The notes below the pieces were generated by a model. It saw nothing but the letters and a program-made list of their open reading frames with translations, was not told where the DNA came from and did no database searches. Below, in pieces: positions 35,947-45,264 of a stretch of DNA of 64,000 nt; positions within the stretch are counted from its first letter, which is position 1; the number at the start of each line of letters is the position of its first letter. The stretch covers positions 128,001 through 192,000 of the IMG/VR virus record IMGVR_UViG_3300032312_001422; one strand, given 5' to 3'. The position numbers were made by a program, and so were the translations under genes. Origin of the DNA: a virus (lineage: Duplodnaviria; Caudoviricetes).

Positions 35947-36995
35947 GTTACTTAGAAGAAATTAAAAAGAAATACGATATTACAGATTACAAAGAAGCTA
36001 GTGTAGCGATACCCGAGCTTCCTACTGATGGTATTGTATTAATTGTAGGCACATCAGGCTCAGGTAAAAGTACTATCCTACGCAGTTTAAATAATACTCA
36101 TGCTCCTACCATTAGCCCATGTGCTGATGTTATCAGTAACTTTTCTACTGCTGAGCGAGGAGAAGAATTGTTACTGGCTTGCGGATTGCGTAGTATTCCT
36201 GCTTGGTTCCGAGCACCTAATACATTAAGTAATGGCGAGTACCATAGATTTGAAATGGCCTTGTTCTTAGATCAGGGTATCAATATTGTTGACGAGTTTA
36301 CCAGTGTTGTTGATCGTGATACTGCCAAAAGTCTTGCCCTAAGCATTCGTAAGTTTTACGATCGTCAAGGTAGTACCAATCCGTTGTACATTGCCAGTTG
36401 CCATAGAGACATAGTAGAATGGTTAGATCCAGACTACGTATATGACACAGATCTCTGTGTCTTAGAAAATCGGAGGTCACCCTTTCGACTGGGGACAAGA
36501 CCAGAACTTGCACTCACCATCAAAAGCTCAAGTGTCGACTATTGGAGATATTTCAGTAAGTATCACTATCTAGACACAGAAATTAGTAAGAGTGCTCATT
36601 ACTATGTGTTACTGTTAGGCGACAAGCCCATTGGCTTCCATGCCGCAATACATTCAACTAACAGAGATATTCATTCGTACTGGCGTGGTCATCGTACAGT
36701 AATCCTACCCGAGTTTCAGGGCATGGGTATAGGCACAGCATTTAGCGACGCTATTGCTGAAATATATGTGAGCCGTGGTCTAAGATACTTTAGTAAGACT
36801 GCTCATCCCAGCTTTGGTGAACACAGAGAAAAGTCAGACTTATGGCGCCCTACATCAATGAATCGGAAGAGTCGTGTGGGCAGTTACTTGAACAAGGACG
36901 GTACGGCACGTGAGATGAAGGGCTATGGCGGTACAACCACTGTTCGCGATGCTTATAGGGTTTGTTACAGCCATGAATACATTGGTAAGAAATAA
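35943..36995 (+). CDS. ABC-type ATPase fused to a GNAT acyltransferase (Mom-like)
   Basis: GTSGSGKST, LSNGE, IVDEF, ASCH; GNAT KYHYL and RTVILPEFQGMGIG. Confidence 0.85.
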   Translation: MSYLEEIKKKYDITDYKEASVAIPELPTDGIVLIVGTSGSGKSTILRSLNNTHAPTISPCADVISNFSTAERGEELLLACGLRSIPAWFRAPNTLSNGEYHRFEMALFLDQGINIVDEFTSVVDRDTAKSLALSIRKFYDRQGSTNPLYIASCHRDIVEWLDPDYVYDTDLCVLENRRSPFRLGTRPELALTIKSSSVDYWRYFSKYHYLDTEISKSAHYYVLLLGDKPIGFHAAIHSTNRDIHSYWRGHRTVILPEFQGMGIGTAFSDAIAEIYVSRGLRYFSKTAHPSFGEHREKSDLWRPTSMNRKSRVGSYLNKDGTAREMKGYGGTTTVRDAYRVCYSHEYIGKK

Positions 36996-36996
36996 T

Positions 36997-37749
36997 ATGA
37001 AAAAATTTGACAGTTTGGTCGTACTTGGTGATAGTTGGTCTTGGGGATCAGAGTTGTCAGAGGATACTCGAGTGGCCAGTAGATTTGATACGCTATTAGG
37101 AAACCAACTTGGACTAGAATGTGTCAATTTATCTAGAGAAAGTGCATCAAATTTTTGTCTTAAATGGCACTGGCTTGATTGGATTTCAACCAACCCTGTG
37201 TATAAAAATCCTTTGGTGATTGTGGGCATCACTGGACCTAACCGTTGGTTAATTTATAATAATCAAGCAGAATTTTTTCAAGAAGGCGGTGGCGGCCGTT
37301 TAGTAAACGAAGACGTAGTAATGTCCAATTGGGGCAACTCTCAAAAAACTGGCGGCTTTATAAGAGCATTTCCCAATTACATCGATGCACCAACTCCAGA
37401 AAAAACACGCTGTCAAGAAAATTTCTATCGTTACAATTACAACGATACCATGGCAGAAATTTATGCCATATGGGAAATTAATCAAATAAACTCAATGGTA
37501 CAATCATTTGGTGGCCAAGCAATATTTTGGTCTAATTTTCACAAATATACACAGGTCAATATGCCTTGGTGTCAACCCTTGCTAAAAACAATTCATTTGG
37601 TTGACGATCTGCAACCAATTGCAACCTTATTAAGAGCTGAAAGAAACATGCTGTGCCGTGGCGGGCACCCAAATGCAGACGGCCACAAATATATACAGCA
37701 TAGATTAATAAAATATATAGCTTCTGTTGCTGAAAAACAACACCCGTAA
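36997..37749 (+). CDS. SGNH-hydrolase-like protein
   Basis: LGDSWSWG; GGHPNADGH. Confidence 0.7.
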   Translation: MKKFDSLVVLGDSWSWGSELSEDTRVASRFDTLLGNQLGLECVNLSRESASNFCLKWHWLDWISTNPVYKNPLVIVGITGPNRWLIYNNQAEFFQEGGGGRLVNEDVVMSNWGNSQKTGGFIRAFPNYIDAPTPEKTRCQENFYRYNYNDTMAEIYAIWEINQINSMVQSFGGQAIFWSNFHKYTQVNMPWCQPLLKTIHLVDDLQPIATLLRAERNMLCRGGHPNADGHKYIQHRLIKYIASVAEKQHP

Positions 37750-37773
37750 CCCCCTGTTTTTAGGGGGTTTTTT
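37748..37773 (+). terminator. rho-independent terminator
   Basis: AACCCCCT-GTTTTT-AGGGGGTT followed by TTTT. Confidence 0.8.
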
Positions 37774-37789
37774 GTACTTAAAATTCCGG

Positions 37790-37818
37790 TTGATCCATAA
37801 ATCCATTAAATGTATAAT
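37790..37818 (+). promoter_or_regulatory. early-type sigma70 promoter
   Basis: TTGATC-17-TG-TATAAT; AAGGAG before ATG 37849. Confidence 0.72.
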
Positions 37819-37848
37819 GTATGTATAGTGATTAATAAGGAGCTAAAA

Positions 37849-38130
37849 ATGGTTGGACTAACAATAGTAGATGGTGATATCATCCGTAGCTATGATTTCA
37901 AACCCATGGCAGGACGTGATGATTGTTTTATCGAAGGTCAAGTGATTGATGCTCACAGTACCGAGCAAGGTTATCAGGCCTACAAGATCCGTGTTACCCG
38001 TGATCATTTTGGTGCTGACACCGATACTAATCAATCCGGTCCTGACAGTCGTGTGGGTCATGAAATATTTGTGCCTTGGAGAGTCAGCTTCAACGAGTTC
38101 CAAGGTCGTGTAATGAATCTTTCCAGATAA
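37849..38130 (+). CDS. hypothetical protein
   Basis: AAGGAG SD; start corrected from the track. Confidence 0.75.
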   Translation: MVGLTIVDGDIIRSYDFKPMAGRDDCFIEGQVIDAHSTEQGYQAYKIRVTRDHFGADTDTNQSGPDSRVGHEIFVPWRVSFNEFQGRVMNLSR

Positions 38131-38134
38131 GGCT

Positions 38135-38227
38135 GTGATGGGGCCGTGCGGTCCTTGGGGAGCCTTGATACCCCAGAAACAACGCAGTCACTTTTTACTG
38201 GTTTTTGACTCAAAATAAAAACCAGTA
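38135..38227 (+). other. structured intergenic element: three-way-junction-like fold, U-tract, then 11-bp inverted repeat
   Basis: GTGAT/GTCAC, GGGCC/GGTCC, TGGGG/CCCCA; TACTGGTTTTT/AAAAACCAGTA. Confidence 0.45.
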
Positions 38228-38248
38228 CTTTTTAACCAGGAGATTGAA

Positions 38249-38437
38249 ATGTCAAAATATCGTACCCGAGAAGAATACCAAGCAATGGTCCGGACTATGC
38301 CGGCTCAAGAATTATCATCCCTGCTAGATACTTTTTGGAGCTCGACCACATTGACTGAAGGCGAACGGGCCATTCGTGATGTACTTGATGCTGAAATGGA
38401 ACGCCGTATCATGGCCTGGGAAATCGCCGAAGTATGA
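38249..38437 (+). CDS. hypothetical protein
   Basis: AGGAG SD. Confidence 0.7.
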   Translation: MSKYRTREEYQAMVRTMPAQELSSLLDTFWSSTTLTEGERAIRDVLDAEMERRIMAWEIAEV

Positions 38438-38769
38438 GCAACCTGTTTCTTGTGTCGTGGGACTGCACGGGGCTTGAGGCTGTGATCAATATCACAGACT
38501 ATGAAAAAGAAGCCACTTGGGCCACACTCAAGAATGAAGATCCACCGGTTCGGTTGGGCAGTATGGTCAATCATTTGATGCTTCGTGCTAGGGCCAACAG
38601 CCAAAGACATTATGAAATCTATACCATGAATGTGGCGGAAGGTATTTCAGACGAAGATATTCGTGGTATGTTTGACGCAGATCCGCAAGGTTCGGCTGAT
38701 TTAATTCGTGATCGTGGTAATAAAATTTACAGCGATCGTGAAAATTTAGTAGACCGTAAAATCATTTAA
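38434..38769 (+). CDS. hypothetical protein
   Basis: ATGA coupling. Confidence 0.75.
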   Translation: MSNLFLVSWDCTGLEAVINITDYEKEATWATLKNEDPPVRLGSMVNHLMLRARANSQRHYEIYTMNVAEGISDEDIRGMFDADPQGSADLIRDRGNKIYSDRENLVDRKII

Positions 38770-38778
38770 TTGTATAAT
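38750..38778 (+). promoter_or_regulatory. early-type sigma70 promoter
   Basis: TAGACC-17-TG-TATAAT with spacer similar to those at 37790 and 40456. Confidence 0.6.
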
Positions 38779-38819
38779 AGTTCTATAGTAGTTAATTTTG
38801 TAGTAATTTTTAGGAGCCT

Positions 38820-39929
38820 GTGATGAGTACAACTATTAGTGAAAGCCGTACAGTAACACCAAACGAATGCCGTAGCAGATTGCTTCGTGCATTCAAAGTA
38901 AAACGTCCTGTTTTTATCTGGGGTCCTCCCGGAGTAGGTAAGTCAGAGCTTGTGGCTGGTCTTACCCAAGAATTGGGCGGTCATATGATTGACTTGCGTT
39001 TGGGTCAAATGGACCCAACTGACTTGCGTGGTATTCCATTTTATAACAAAGACAATGGCAAAATGGACTGGGCTGAGCCAGTTGAATTGCCAACCAAGGA
39101 AATGGCCGAGAAGTATCCGGTTATTACACTATTCTTGGATGAGATGAACGTGGCGGCACCTGCGGTGCAAGCGGCGGCGTATCAGCTGATCTTGAATCGT
39201 CGCTTAGGCACTTACTTCTTGCCAGACAATGTGGTTATTGTGGCTGCAGGTAACCGTGAGTCGGACAAAGGTGTCTCATTCCGTATGCCCATGCCCCTGG
39301 CCAATCGTTTCGTACATTTAGAAGTACGTGCTGATTACGATAGCTGGAACGAGTGGGCTGTGCAGAATCGTGAGCACAAGGACGTGGTAGGTTACATTGG
39401 TTTTGCCAAGCAAGACTTGATGGATTTTAACCCACGCTCAGCCAGCCGTGCCTTTGCAACACCACGTTCATGGCACTTTGTAAGTGAATTCTTACATGAC
39501 GAGGATGCCACAGATGCAGAATTGTCAGACTTGATCGCTGGTACTATTGGTGATGGCTTGGCAGTTAAGTTTATGGCACACCGCAAGGTTGCCAGCAAGA
39601 TGCCTAACCCAAGCGAAATTTTAGCAGGTAAGGTCAAGACCCTGGATGTCAAAGAAGTCAGTGCCATGTACTCCTTGACTGTATCCATGTGCTATGAATT
39701 GCAAGATGCTTATGCCAAACTAGGCAAGGAAAAGATCAGCCAATGGCATGGTATGGCTGATAACTTCTTCCGCTTTATGATGGATAACTTTACCACTGAA
39801 TTGGTTGTTATGGGTGCTAGAGTTGCGTTGACCACTTATAACTTACCACTAGTACCGGGCAAGCTCAAGAACTTTGATGAGTTCCATAAGCGTTACGGTA
39901 AGTACATTATCGCGGCAGGCGGTAAGTAA
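38820..39929 (+). CDS. MoxR-like AAA+ ATPase
   Basis: GPPGVGKS, LFLDEMN, AAGN, PLANRF, ATPRSW. Confidence 0.9.
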   Translation: MMSTTISESRTVTPNECRSRLLRAFKVKRPVFIWGPPGVGKSELVAGLTQELGGHMIDLRLGQMDPTDLRGIPFYNKDNGKMDWAEPVELPTKEMAEKYPVITLFLDEMNVAAPAVQAAAYQLILNRRLGTYFLPDNVVIVAAGNRESDKGVSFRMPMPLANRFVHLEVRADYDSWNEWAVQNREHKDVVGYIGFAKQDLMDFNPRSASRAFATPRSWHFVSEFLHDEDATDAELSDLIAGTIGDGLAVKFMAHRKVASKMPNPSEILAGKVKTLDVKEVSAMYSLTVSMCYELQDAYAKLGKEKISQWHGMADNFFRFMMDNFTTELVVMGARVALTTYNLPLVPGKLKNFDEFHKRYGKYIIAAGGK

Positions 39930-39984
39930 AAGGTTGCTGTCACAGGCAGGGGGCAGGCACACGCTGTAAGTCCTCCTTATTCTT

Positions 39985-40182
39985 ATGAACTATGACTTTT
40001 GTCCAGAACTAGATACTCCAGAGATTTGTGTAGTCATGAATCGTAAATGGTGGTTAGATAACAAAGAATCCATTGGCACTTGGTTAGGCCACGATAAGAT
40101 AGCACTAGGACAAATGATGTTATATATCCCCGACCCAGCAGACCGTACTTATTTTATGTTGAGGTGGCCACAATGGTCATAG
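39985..40182 (+). CDS. hypothetical protein
   Basis: ORF track. Confidence 0.6.
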   Translation: MNYDFCPELDTPEICVVMNRKWWLDNKESIGTWLGHDKIALGQMMLYIPDPADRTYFMLRWPQWS

Positions 40183-40475
40183 GTCCTTTACTTATAGTTG
40201 GTCTAGCTAGTGTGGCTTCGGTAGAAACCACCGGTAAAGGTCTAGCAGATCATGGTATCAGTGTTGTTCGCGATCAAGACTGCAAGATAAGTAGAAGCAT
40301 CAGCGGCAATGATATTTGCCGCCCCACAGCACCTGAACCACGTGCCACAGTCGCAGTTAGTCAACCCACAGCACCACAATTGATCAAGCCTAGTTCTAGC
40401 GTACAGAACATGGAAGATGTGTTTAATCAGCGACAAAACCGTGCTAACCAAAAGGTTGACCAAAAAATCAATTAA
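40164..40475 (+). CDS. hypothetical secreted or membrane-anchored protein
   Basis: Hydrophobic N-terminus. Confidence 0.55.
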   Translation: MATMVIGPLLIVGLASVASVETTGKGLADHGISVVRDQDCKISRSISGNDICRPTAPEPRATVAVSQPTAPQLIKPSSSVQNMEDVFNQRQNRANQKVDQKIN

Positions 40476-40484
40476 ATGTATAAT
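40456..40484 (+). promoter_or_regulatory. early-type sigma70 promoter
   Basis: TTGACC-17-TG-TATAAT. Confidence 0.72.
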
Positions 40485-40508
40485 ATATATAATACAGGAG
40501 CGAACAGA

Positions 40509-41759
40509 ATGACTACATTAGCAGAAAAAAGTAAAGTGGTAACAGTAACAGATCCCAAGACGGATGCTAGTGCCCGCGAAAAGCTGGTTACCGCACGTAT
40601 TGGTCTTTTACTCCGTGCTCCATTCTTTGGCAACCTTGCTACCCGCCTAACACTTATCAACGCAGACGACTGGTGTCCTACTGCCGCCACAGACGGCCGT
40701 AAGTTTTACTACAATAGCGAGTTCGTCAACAACCTTCCCCTAAAGCAATTAGAGTTCTTGGTCGGACACGAAGTGCTTCATGCGGTTTATGACCATATGG
40801 GACGTCGTGGCAACAGAGATCCAAAACTGTGGAACATTGCCGACGACTATTGTGTAAACTGGGACCTGGTAGAGCAACGAATTGGTGACAAGATTCCCGT
40901 TGCACTTTACGATAGCAAATACAAGGGCATGAGTGCAGAAGAAGTCTATGACGACTTGTATGAGAATGCTGACAAAATCAATATTGACGAACTAATGAAA
41001 CGTCTATTGGACGAACACTTGGATGGAGAAAGTGCTGATGGTGAGGGAGAAGATGGTGATAAACCCGGCAACGGTCGCCCACGCCTGAGCGAAGAAGAAA
41101 AGAAAGCCATTCGCGATGAAATCAAAGATGCAGTACTAAATGCCGCCAATGCGTCAGGTGCAGGTAATTTGCCGGGCGGTGTCAAACGCATGATCAAGGA
41201 TCTAACCGAACCTGTCATTAACTGGCGTGAGTTGGTCAACCAGCAGATTGAATCGACTATCAAGAGTGATTTTACTTGGCAACGTCCCAGCCGCAGAAGC
41301 TGGCATATGGATGCTGTAATGCCCGGAATGTTGCCCGGCAATCAAATTGACGTGGTTATTGGCATTGATACTTCAGGTAGTATTACTGACAACGATCTTA
41401 AAATATTCCTGAGTGAAATCAAAGGTATCATGGAAAGCTATGACGAATATCGTATCCATGTGTTGGGTTGGGATACCCAAGTACACAATCACGAAATATT
41501 CACATCAGACAATATTGCTGACATTGAGAGCTTTCAACCCGGTGGCGGTGGCGGCACAGATCCACATTGTGTTTGGTCATGGTTGGAAGAAAATCAGATC
41601 GAACCCAAGAAATTGATCATGTTTACTGACTACTGTTTCTTTGGCTGGAGCCCCGAGCAGGTAGAGCAGTATTGCGATACTGTATGGATTATTAAAGGCA
41701 ACAAAGAAGCCAAGCCCGAGTTTGGTGTGTATGCTCACTACGAGGATGCAGTAAAGTGA
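40509..41759 (+). CDS. metallopeptidase-VWA domain protein (MoxR partner, DUF2201-like)
   Basis: TAATDG, GHEVLH; MIDAS IDTSGS, GGGGTD, FTD. Confidence 0.88.
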   Translation: MTTLAEKSKVVTVTDPKTDASAREKLVTARIGLLLRAPFFGNLATRLTLINADDWCPTAATDGRKFYYNSEFVNNLPLKQLEFLVGHEVLHAVYDHMGRRGNRDPKLWNIADDYCVNWDLVEQRIGDKIPVALYDSKYKGMSAEEVYDDLYENADKINIDELMKRLLDEHLDGESADGEGEDGDKPGNGRPRLSEEEKKAIRDEIKDAVLNAANASGAGNLPGGVKRMIKDLTEPVINWRELVNQQIESTIKSDFTWQRPSRRSWHMDAVMPGMLPGNQIDVVIGIDTSGSITDNDLKIFLSEIKGIMESYDEYRIHVLGWDTQVHNHEIFTSDNIADIESFQPGGGGGTDPHCVWSWLEENQIEPKKLIMFTDYCFFGWSPEQVEQYCDTVWIIKGNKEAKPEFGVYAHYEDAVK

Positions 41760-41947
41760 ACTTACAAGATCTTAAACAGCAGGCAGGGATAGGAGACAAT
41801 CCTGATCAAGAAGGTCTGGATCTATTTGCCAAGTTGATTGTGCAAGAATGTGCCAACGAACTAATTAAATGGAAAAATCAACCGTTTCCGTATGATGAAG
41901 AATTTGGAGCAAGATTAATTAAACAACATTTTGGAGTTGAAGAATGA
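41756..41947 (+). CDS. hypothetical protein
   Basis: GTGA coupling. Confidence 0.65.
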   Translation: MNLQDLKQQAGIGDNPDQEGLDLFAKLIVQECANELIKWKNQPFPYDEEFGARLIKQHFGVEE

Positions 41948-42123
41948 CATACAGTTGGGTATTGATCATTGCTATGTTTAGCCCAGGTGGTGATTTTATA
42001 GGCAATCAAACTATCAACTTTGTCTCTAAAAAAGATTGTGAAGCAGTAAGAACACAGCTACCAAATTTAAATCAACCAATGCATGTTAAGTATAAAGGAC
42101 TGTGTGTAAATAATGGAATTTAA
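41944..42123 (+). CDS. 59-aa hypothetical protein with hydrophobic N-terminus
   Basis: Read from sequence (MTYSWVLIIAMFSPGG...). Confidence 0.55.
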   Translation: MTYSWVLIIAMFSPGGDFIGNQTINFVSKKDCEAVRTQLPNLNQPMHVKYKGLCVNNGI

Positions 42124-42412
42124 AAATCCCAAGGATCTAAAACCCAAGGCCGCACGTGAGCTGGCATTGGAGCTACAGTTGCGTATTCTCAAATTGGAAA
42201 ACTGTCTAGACGATCTTAGCCGTTCAGTAGAGATTGCTCAATTTACCAAACAGTATCAAGTAACCGAAACTTTTGTACGTGATGCCGAAACTTTGCTCAA
42301 GGATAGATTGGTACTGCCCGAAGCCAATCAAAGCAATGCCAAATTTACCTTGGTTGAAGGAGAATTGAGTCAGGAAACCATAGACTCTATCCGGTCCAAT
42401 GCTAAAGTATAA
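42113..42412 (+). CDS. hypothetical protein
   Basis: ORF track. Confidence 0.7.
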   Translation: MEFKNPKDLKPKAARELALELQLRILKLENCLDDLSRSVEIAQFTKQYQVTETFVRDAETLLKDRLVLPEANQSNAKFTLVEGELSQETIDSIRSNAKV

Positions 42413-42689
42413 CGAAGCAAATCCTCTAACAGTATTTGGCCTTAGAGAATTAGATCACTGCCCACCGCACTTTACCCCGGTCACGTTTGAGTTAAAATGT
42501 ACCGAAAAAACCATTTCAGATTGGATATGGACCAACCTAACTGGCAGGTTTTACTACGGTGAGCAGTATTACAAAGATGCTGATGCCAATGTACACAGCC
42601 ATCGCTGTGCCGCATTTGAAATAGCCGCAGAAGCCAGTATGTTTGCCTTGATACTGGATCAAATCAACACCTTCAATTTCGAGCTTTAA
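42399..42689 (+). CDS. hypothetical protein
   Basis: ORF track. Confidence 0.7.
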   Translation: MLKYNEANPLTVFGLRELDHCPPHFTPVTFELKCTEKTISDWIWTNLTGRFYYGEQYYKDADANVHSHRCAAFEIAAEASMFALILDQINTFNFEL

Positions 42690-42747
42690 AAAATTTTTCC
42701 GGTGGCTGTATAGATCGTAAATATATGCATAGTTTACGGAGATATCT

Positions 42748-43005
42748 ATGCAAGAACAAACAACACAACAAGAACAAGTAGCACAGCCCGACGAAGCCGC
42801 AGTTCAGTTACAATTATCGGACTTGATGCTGTGTGCCCAAGCACTTCAGTTGGCCAGCACACGTGGTGCATTTCGTACCGAAGAATTCACACAGGTTGGC
42901 GGAGTATTTGATCGCATTACTGCTTTTCTTAAAGCCAGTGGTGCATTATCATCATCTTCTGCACCAACCAGTGATGAAACAGTAGCCACAACAGCTGCTG
43001 AATAA
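42748..43005 (+). CDS. hypothetical protein
   Basis: TAAATA and GGAG upstream. Confidence 0.75.
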   Translation: MQEQTTQQEQVAQPDEAAVQLQLSDLMLCAQALQLASTRGAFRTEEFTQVGGVFDRITAFLKASGALSSSSAPTSDETVATTAAE

Positions 43006-43019
43006 AAGGAAAATTTAAA

Positions 43020-43721
43020 ATGATTAAACATGTGGGTAAACACAACAACAAAAGAATAGTATTACTATGGCGCCGTGTACCAAACGAGGATCATATGGCC
43101 TTGCTTGCATACAGCGAAACACTTCCACGTATGATTCATGACGAAGTTATGAAAGCATTGGAAAGCCCAATTGGTCAAAACGCCAAAGAATTCAGTGATG
43201 TGTTGTTCCGTACAACCATGGCTGATGGTCGTAATGCTCTCGAAGTGTTACACAAAGAAGGTTTTATCAAGAAAGTACCAACCAGCCAAGTGTTGATAAC
43301 TCCCACAATGAAATCCAGTGTACGTTTAGATGAACTAAACAGCATTCTAGACGAAATGGAAAAAGGTGAAGAGGCTATTAAGAAGTTGGCCGACATTGAT
43401 GCCAATGCAGGATTGCAAACTAAAAAACGTCGTACCGAAGGTCGTGAAGTTGGTATGCCGCCTAACAACGCCAGTATTAGCAGAACCAATCTTGATATTG
43501 AAGCAACCGATAGTGCCGCTGCCTATCTCAAAGGTGTACTAAGCGACGATGATTTGGCCACACAAAGATTAAGCCAGGCTGCTCAGATGCAAAAGCAAGC
43601 TGAGCAACTATTAGCCGAAGCCAAGCGTTTAACTGAAGAAGCACAATCACTAACACCTGCGAAAAATGTCAAAACAACAAGAGCCAAAAAAGCCACGCCG
43701 ACCAAGAAGCAAGCGGCTTAA
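43020..43721 (+). CDS. hypothetical protein with K/A/T-rich tail
   Basis: AAGGA SD; C-terminus PAKNVKTTRAKKATPTKKQAA. Confidence 0.8.
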   Translation: MIKHVGKHNNKRIVLLWRRVPNEDHMALLAYSETLPRMIHDEVMKALESPIGQNAKEFSDVLFRTTMADGRNALEVLHKEGFIKKVPTSQVLITPTMKSSVRLDELNSILDEMEKGEEAIKKLADIDANAGLQTKKRRTEGREVGMPPNNASISRTNLDIEATDSAAAYLKGVLSDDDLATQRLSQAAQMQKQAEQLLAEAKRLTEEAQSLTPAKNVKTTRAKKATPTKKQAA

Positions 43722-44013
43722 CTTAAACCGTAAAGATCAATGGGAAAAGCTCTTAAAAGAAGTAACCAAAGAACAAGTACCCATTAATGTCTTACGTTAT
43801 ATTACTGTTAATTTAAAAGATGGCACCAGTGTAGATGTCAACGTTGCTGAGATGATTGACGAAGGTGCCGATCCTGCTGTAGTGGAAAAAATTATCAATG
43901 CCAAACTAGAAGCCTTAGATGACATCATAAAAGATGTCGATTTTCATATAAGCGTAGACAGCGTGGCCAAAGTAATTCAACCGTTCACAGACAACTTACT
44001 CAAAGACTTATGA
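43666..44013 (+). CDS. hypothetical protein
   Basis: ORF track. Confidence 0.7.
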   Translation: MSKQQEPKKPRRPRSKRLNLNRKDQWEKLLKEVTKEQVPINVLRYITVNLKDGTSVDVNVAEMIDEGADPAVVEKIINAKLEALDDIIKDVDFHISVDSVAKVIQPFTDNLLKDL

Positions 44014-44510
44014 TAAATGCTATATTTGCCGTTGATTTCAACGGCGGTATGGGCCATAACGGAACGTTACCTTGGCCGCATAACGCTGAAGATTTACAAC
44101 ACTTTAAAAACTTGACTACCGGGCATGTAGTTGTCATGGGTCGCAAGACCTGGGACGATCCCAAGATGCCCAAGCCCTTACCCAATCGTACTGTGTATGT
44201 TGCCACCCATAGACCTGTGGCACATGCAAATCCGTTCAGCGGCGATGTGGAACAAAAACTGTTAGACCTAGAGCGTGAAAATCCCACTAAGAAAATATTT
44301 GTTATTGGTGGATCTGTTCTATTAGAAACTGCTCGTCCATTGTTTGATAGAATATACTTGACACACGTCAAAGGTACCTATCGTGCAGATACCAGAATAT
44401 ATGTAAAAGAGTTCTTGACTGGATTTCAACCTGTACGTGCTCAAGTAAGTCGAGATTTTCAATCAACATTTACGGTCTATGAGTCAATCTTCAAACGCAA
44501 AACAACCTAA
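44010..44510 (+). CDS. folA: dihydrofolate reductase
   Basis: GTLPWPH..EDLQHFK, VVMGRKTWD, PLPNR, VIGG. Confidence 0.95.
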   Translation: MINAIFAVDFNGGMGHNGTLPWPHNAEDLQHFKNLTTGHVVVMGRKTWDDPKMPKPLPNRTVYVATHRPVAHANPFSGDVEQKLLDLERENPTKKIFVIGGSVLLETARPLFDRIYLTHVKGTYRADTRIYVKEFLTGFQPVRAQVSRDFQSTFTVYESIFKRKTT

Positions 44511-45264
44511 AATATTTGTTGCAGGATCTAGCTGGGCTCGTGGAGAATGGGCTGCTGGTAATCCTGTGGTACAACACGATGGTATAAAACAGTATTTTGC
44601 AGATGCAGGATACACAGTGGTAGATGCCAGTCAAGCTCGCAGTTACCACAGTCGTGTAATTGCATATCTAGATAAAAAACTAAAAGAACACTATAACAAC
44701 AACGATGTTGTTTTTTTTATTATGGCTGATCCCTTGTTGGATCTTATTATGCCAGAACTTGCTGGACTAAATCTCAAACGTGACAGTGATGCCAGTAACT
44801 TGCCCGGGTTTACCAAAACCATTAAAACAGCCGGTGGGTTAATTAATTTGGTACGTCAACAGCAAGATAGCATTTACAATCAACTTGACGCTGTGGCTAA
44901 ACAATACAATGTCAATGTACATTGCATAGGCGGAACTTACAATGTAAATACCAACATATCTAGCAAGTATTCTAACCTGTTGCCCACTGTGCCAAGTTGG
45001 ATTTATTTGTTAGCAGGGCAGTATCGAGAACACCCAGGAACGGATAATCCAGAGTTTGGTATAACGTATACCTGGGGCATTGACTATATTGACTTATCCA
45101 CATACACCGTAGAATTTGCCAATCAAGTTCGGCAAGAATTTGGTGTAATATCTGACAGCACTAGAATAATGGATGAACTTATTTTTCACCCAGATGGCTT
45201 GCATCCTAACAGAGAAGGTCATACAATACTATATAAACACCTAACAGACTTATTACACTTATGA
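44479..45264 (+). CDS. SGNH-hydrolase-like protein
   Basis: AGSSWARG; DGLHPNREGH. Confidence 0.68.
   Translation: MSQSSNAKQPKIFVAGSSWARGEWAAGNPVVQHDGIKQYFADAGYTVVDASQARSYHSRVIAYLDKKLKEHYNNNDVVFFIMADPLLDLIMPELAGLNLKRDSDASNLPGFTKTIKTAGGLINLVRQQQDSIYNQLDAVAKQYNVNVHCIGGTYNVNTNISSKYSNLLPTVPSWIYLLAGQYREHPGTDNPEFGITYTWGIDYIDLSTYTVEFANQVRQEFGVISDSTRIMDELIFHPDGLHPNREGHTILYKHLTDLLHL

Noticed and set aside
39930-39980. Possible small RNA after the MoxR gene (AGGGGG...TCCTCCT)
   Set aside because: Only weak, imperfect pairing; insufficient support without homologs.
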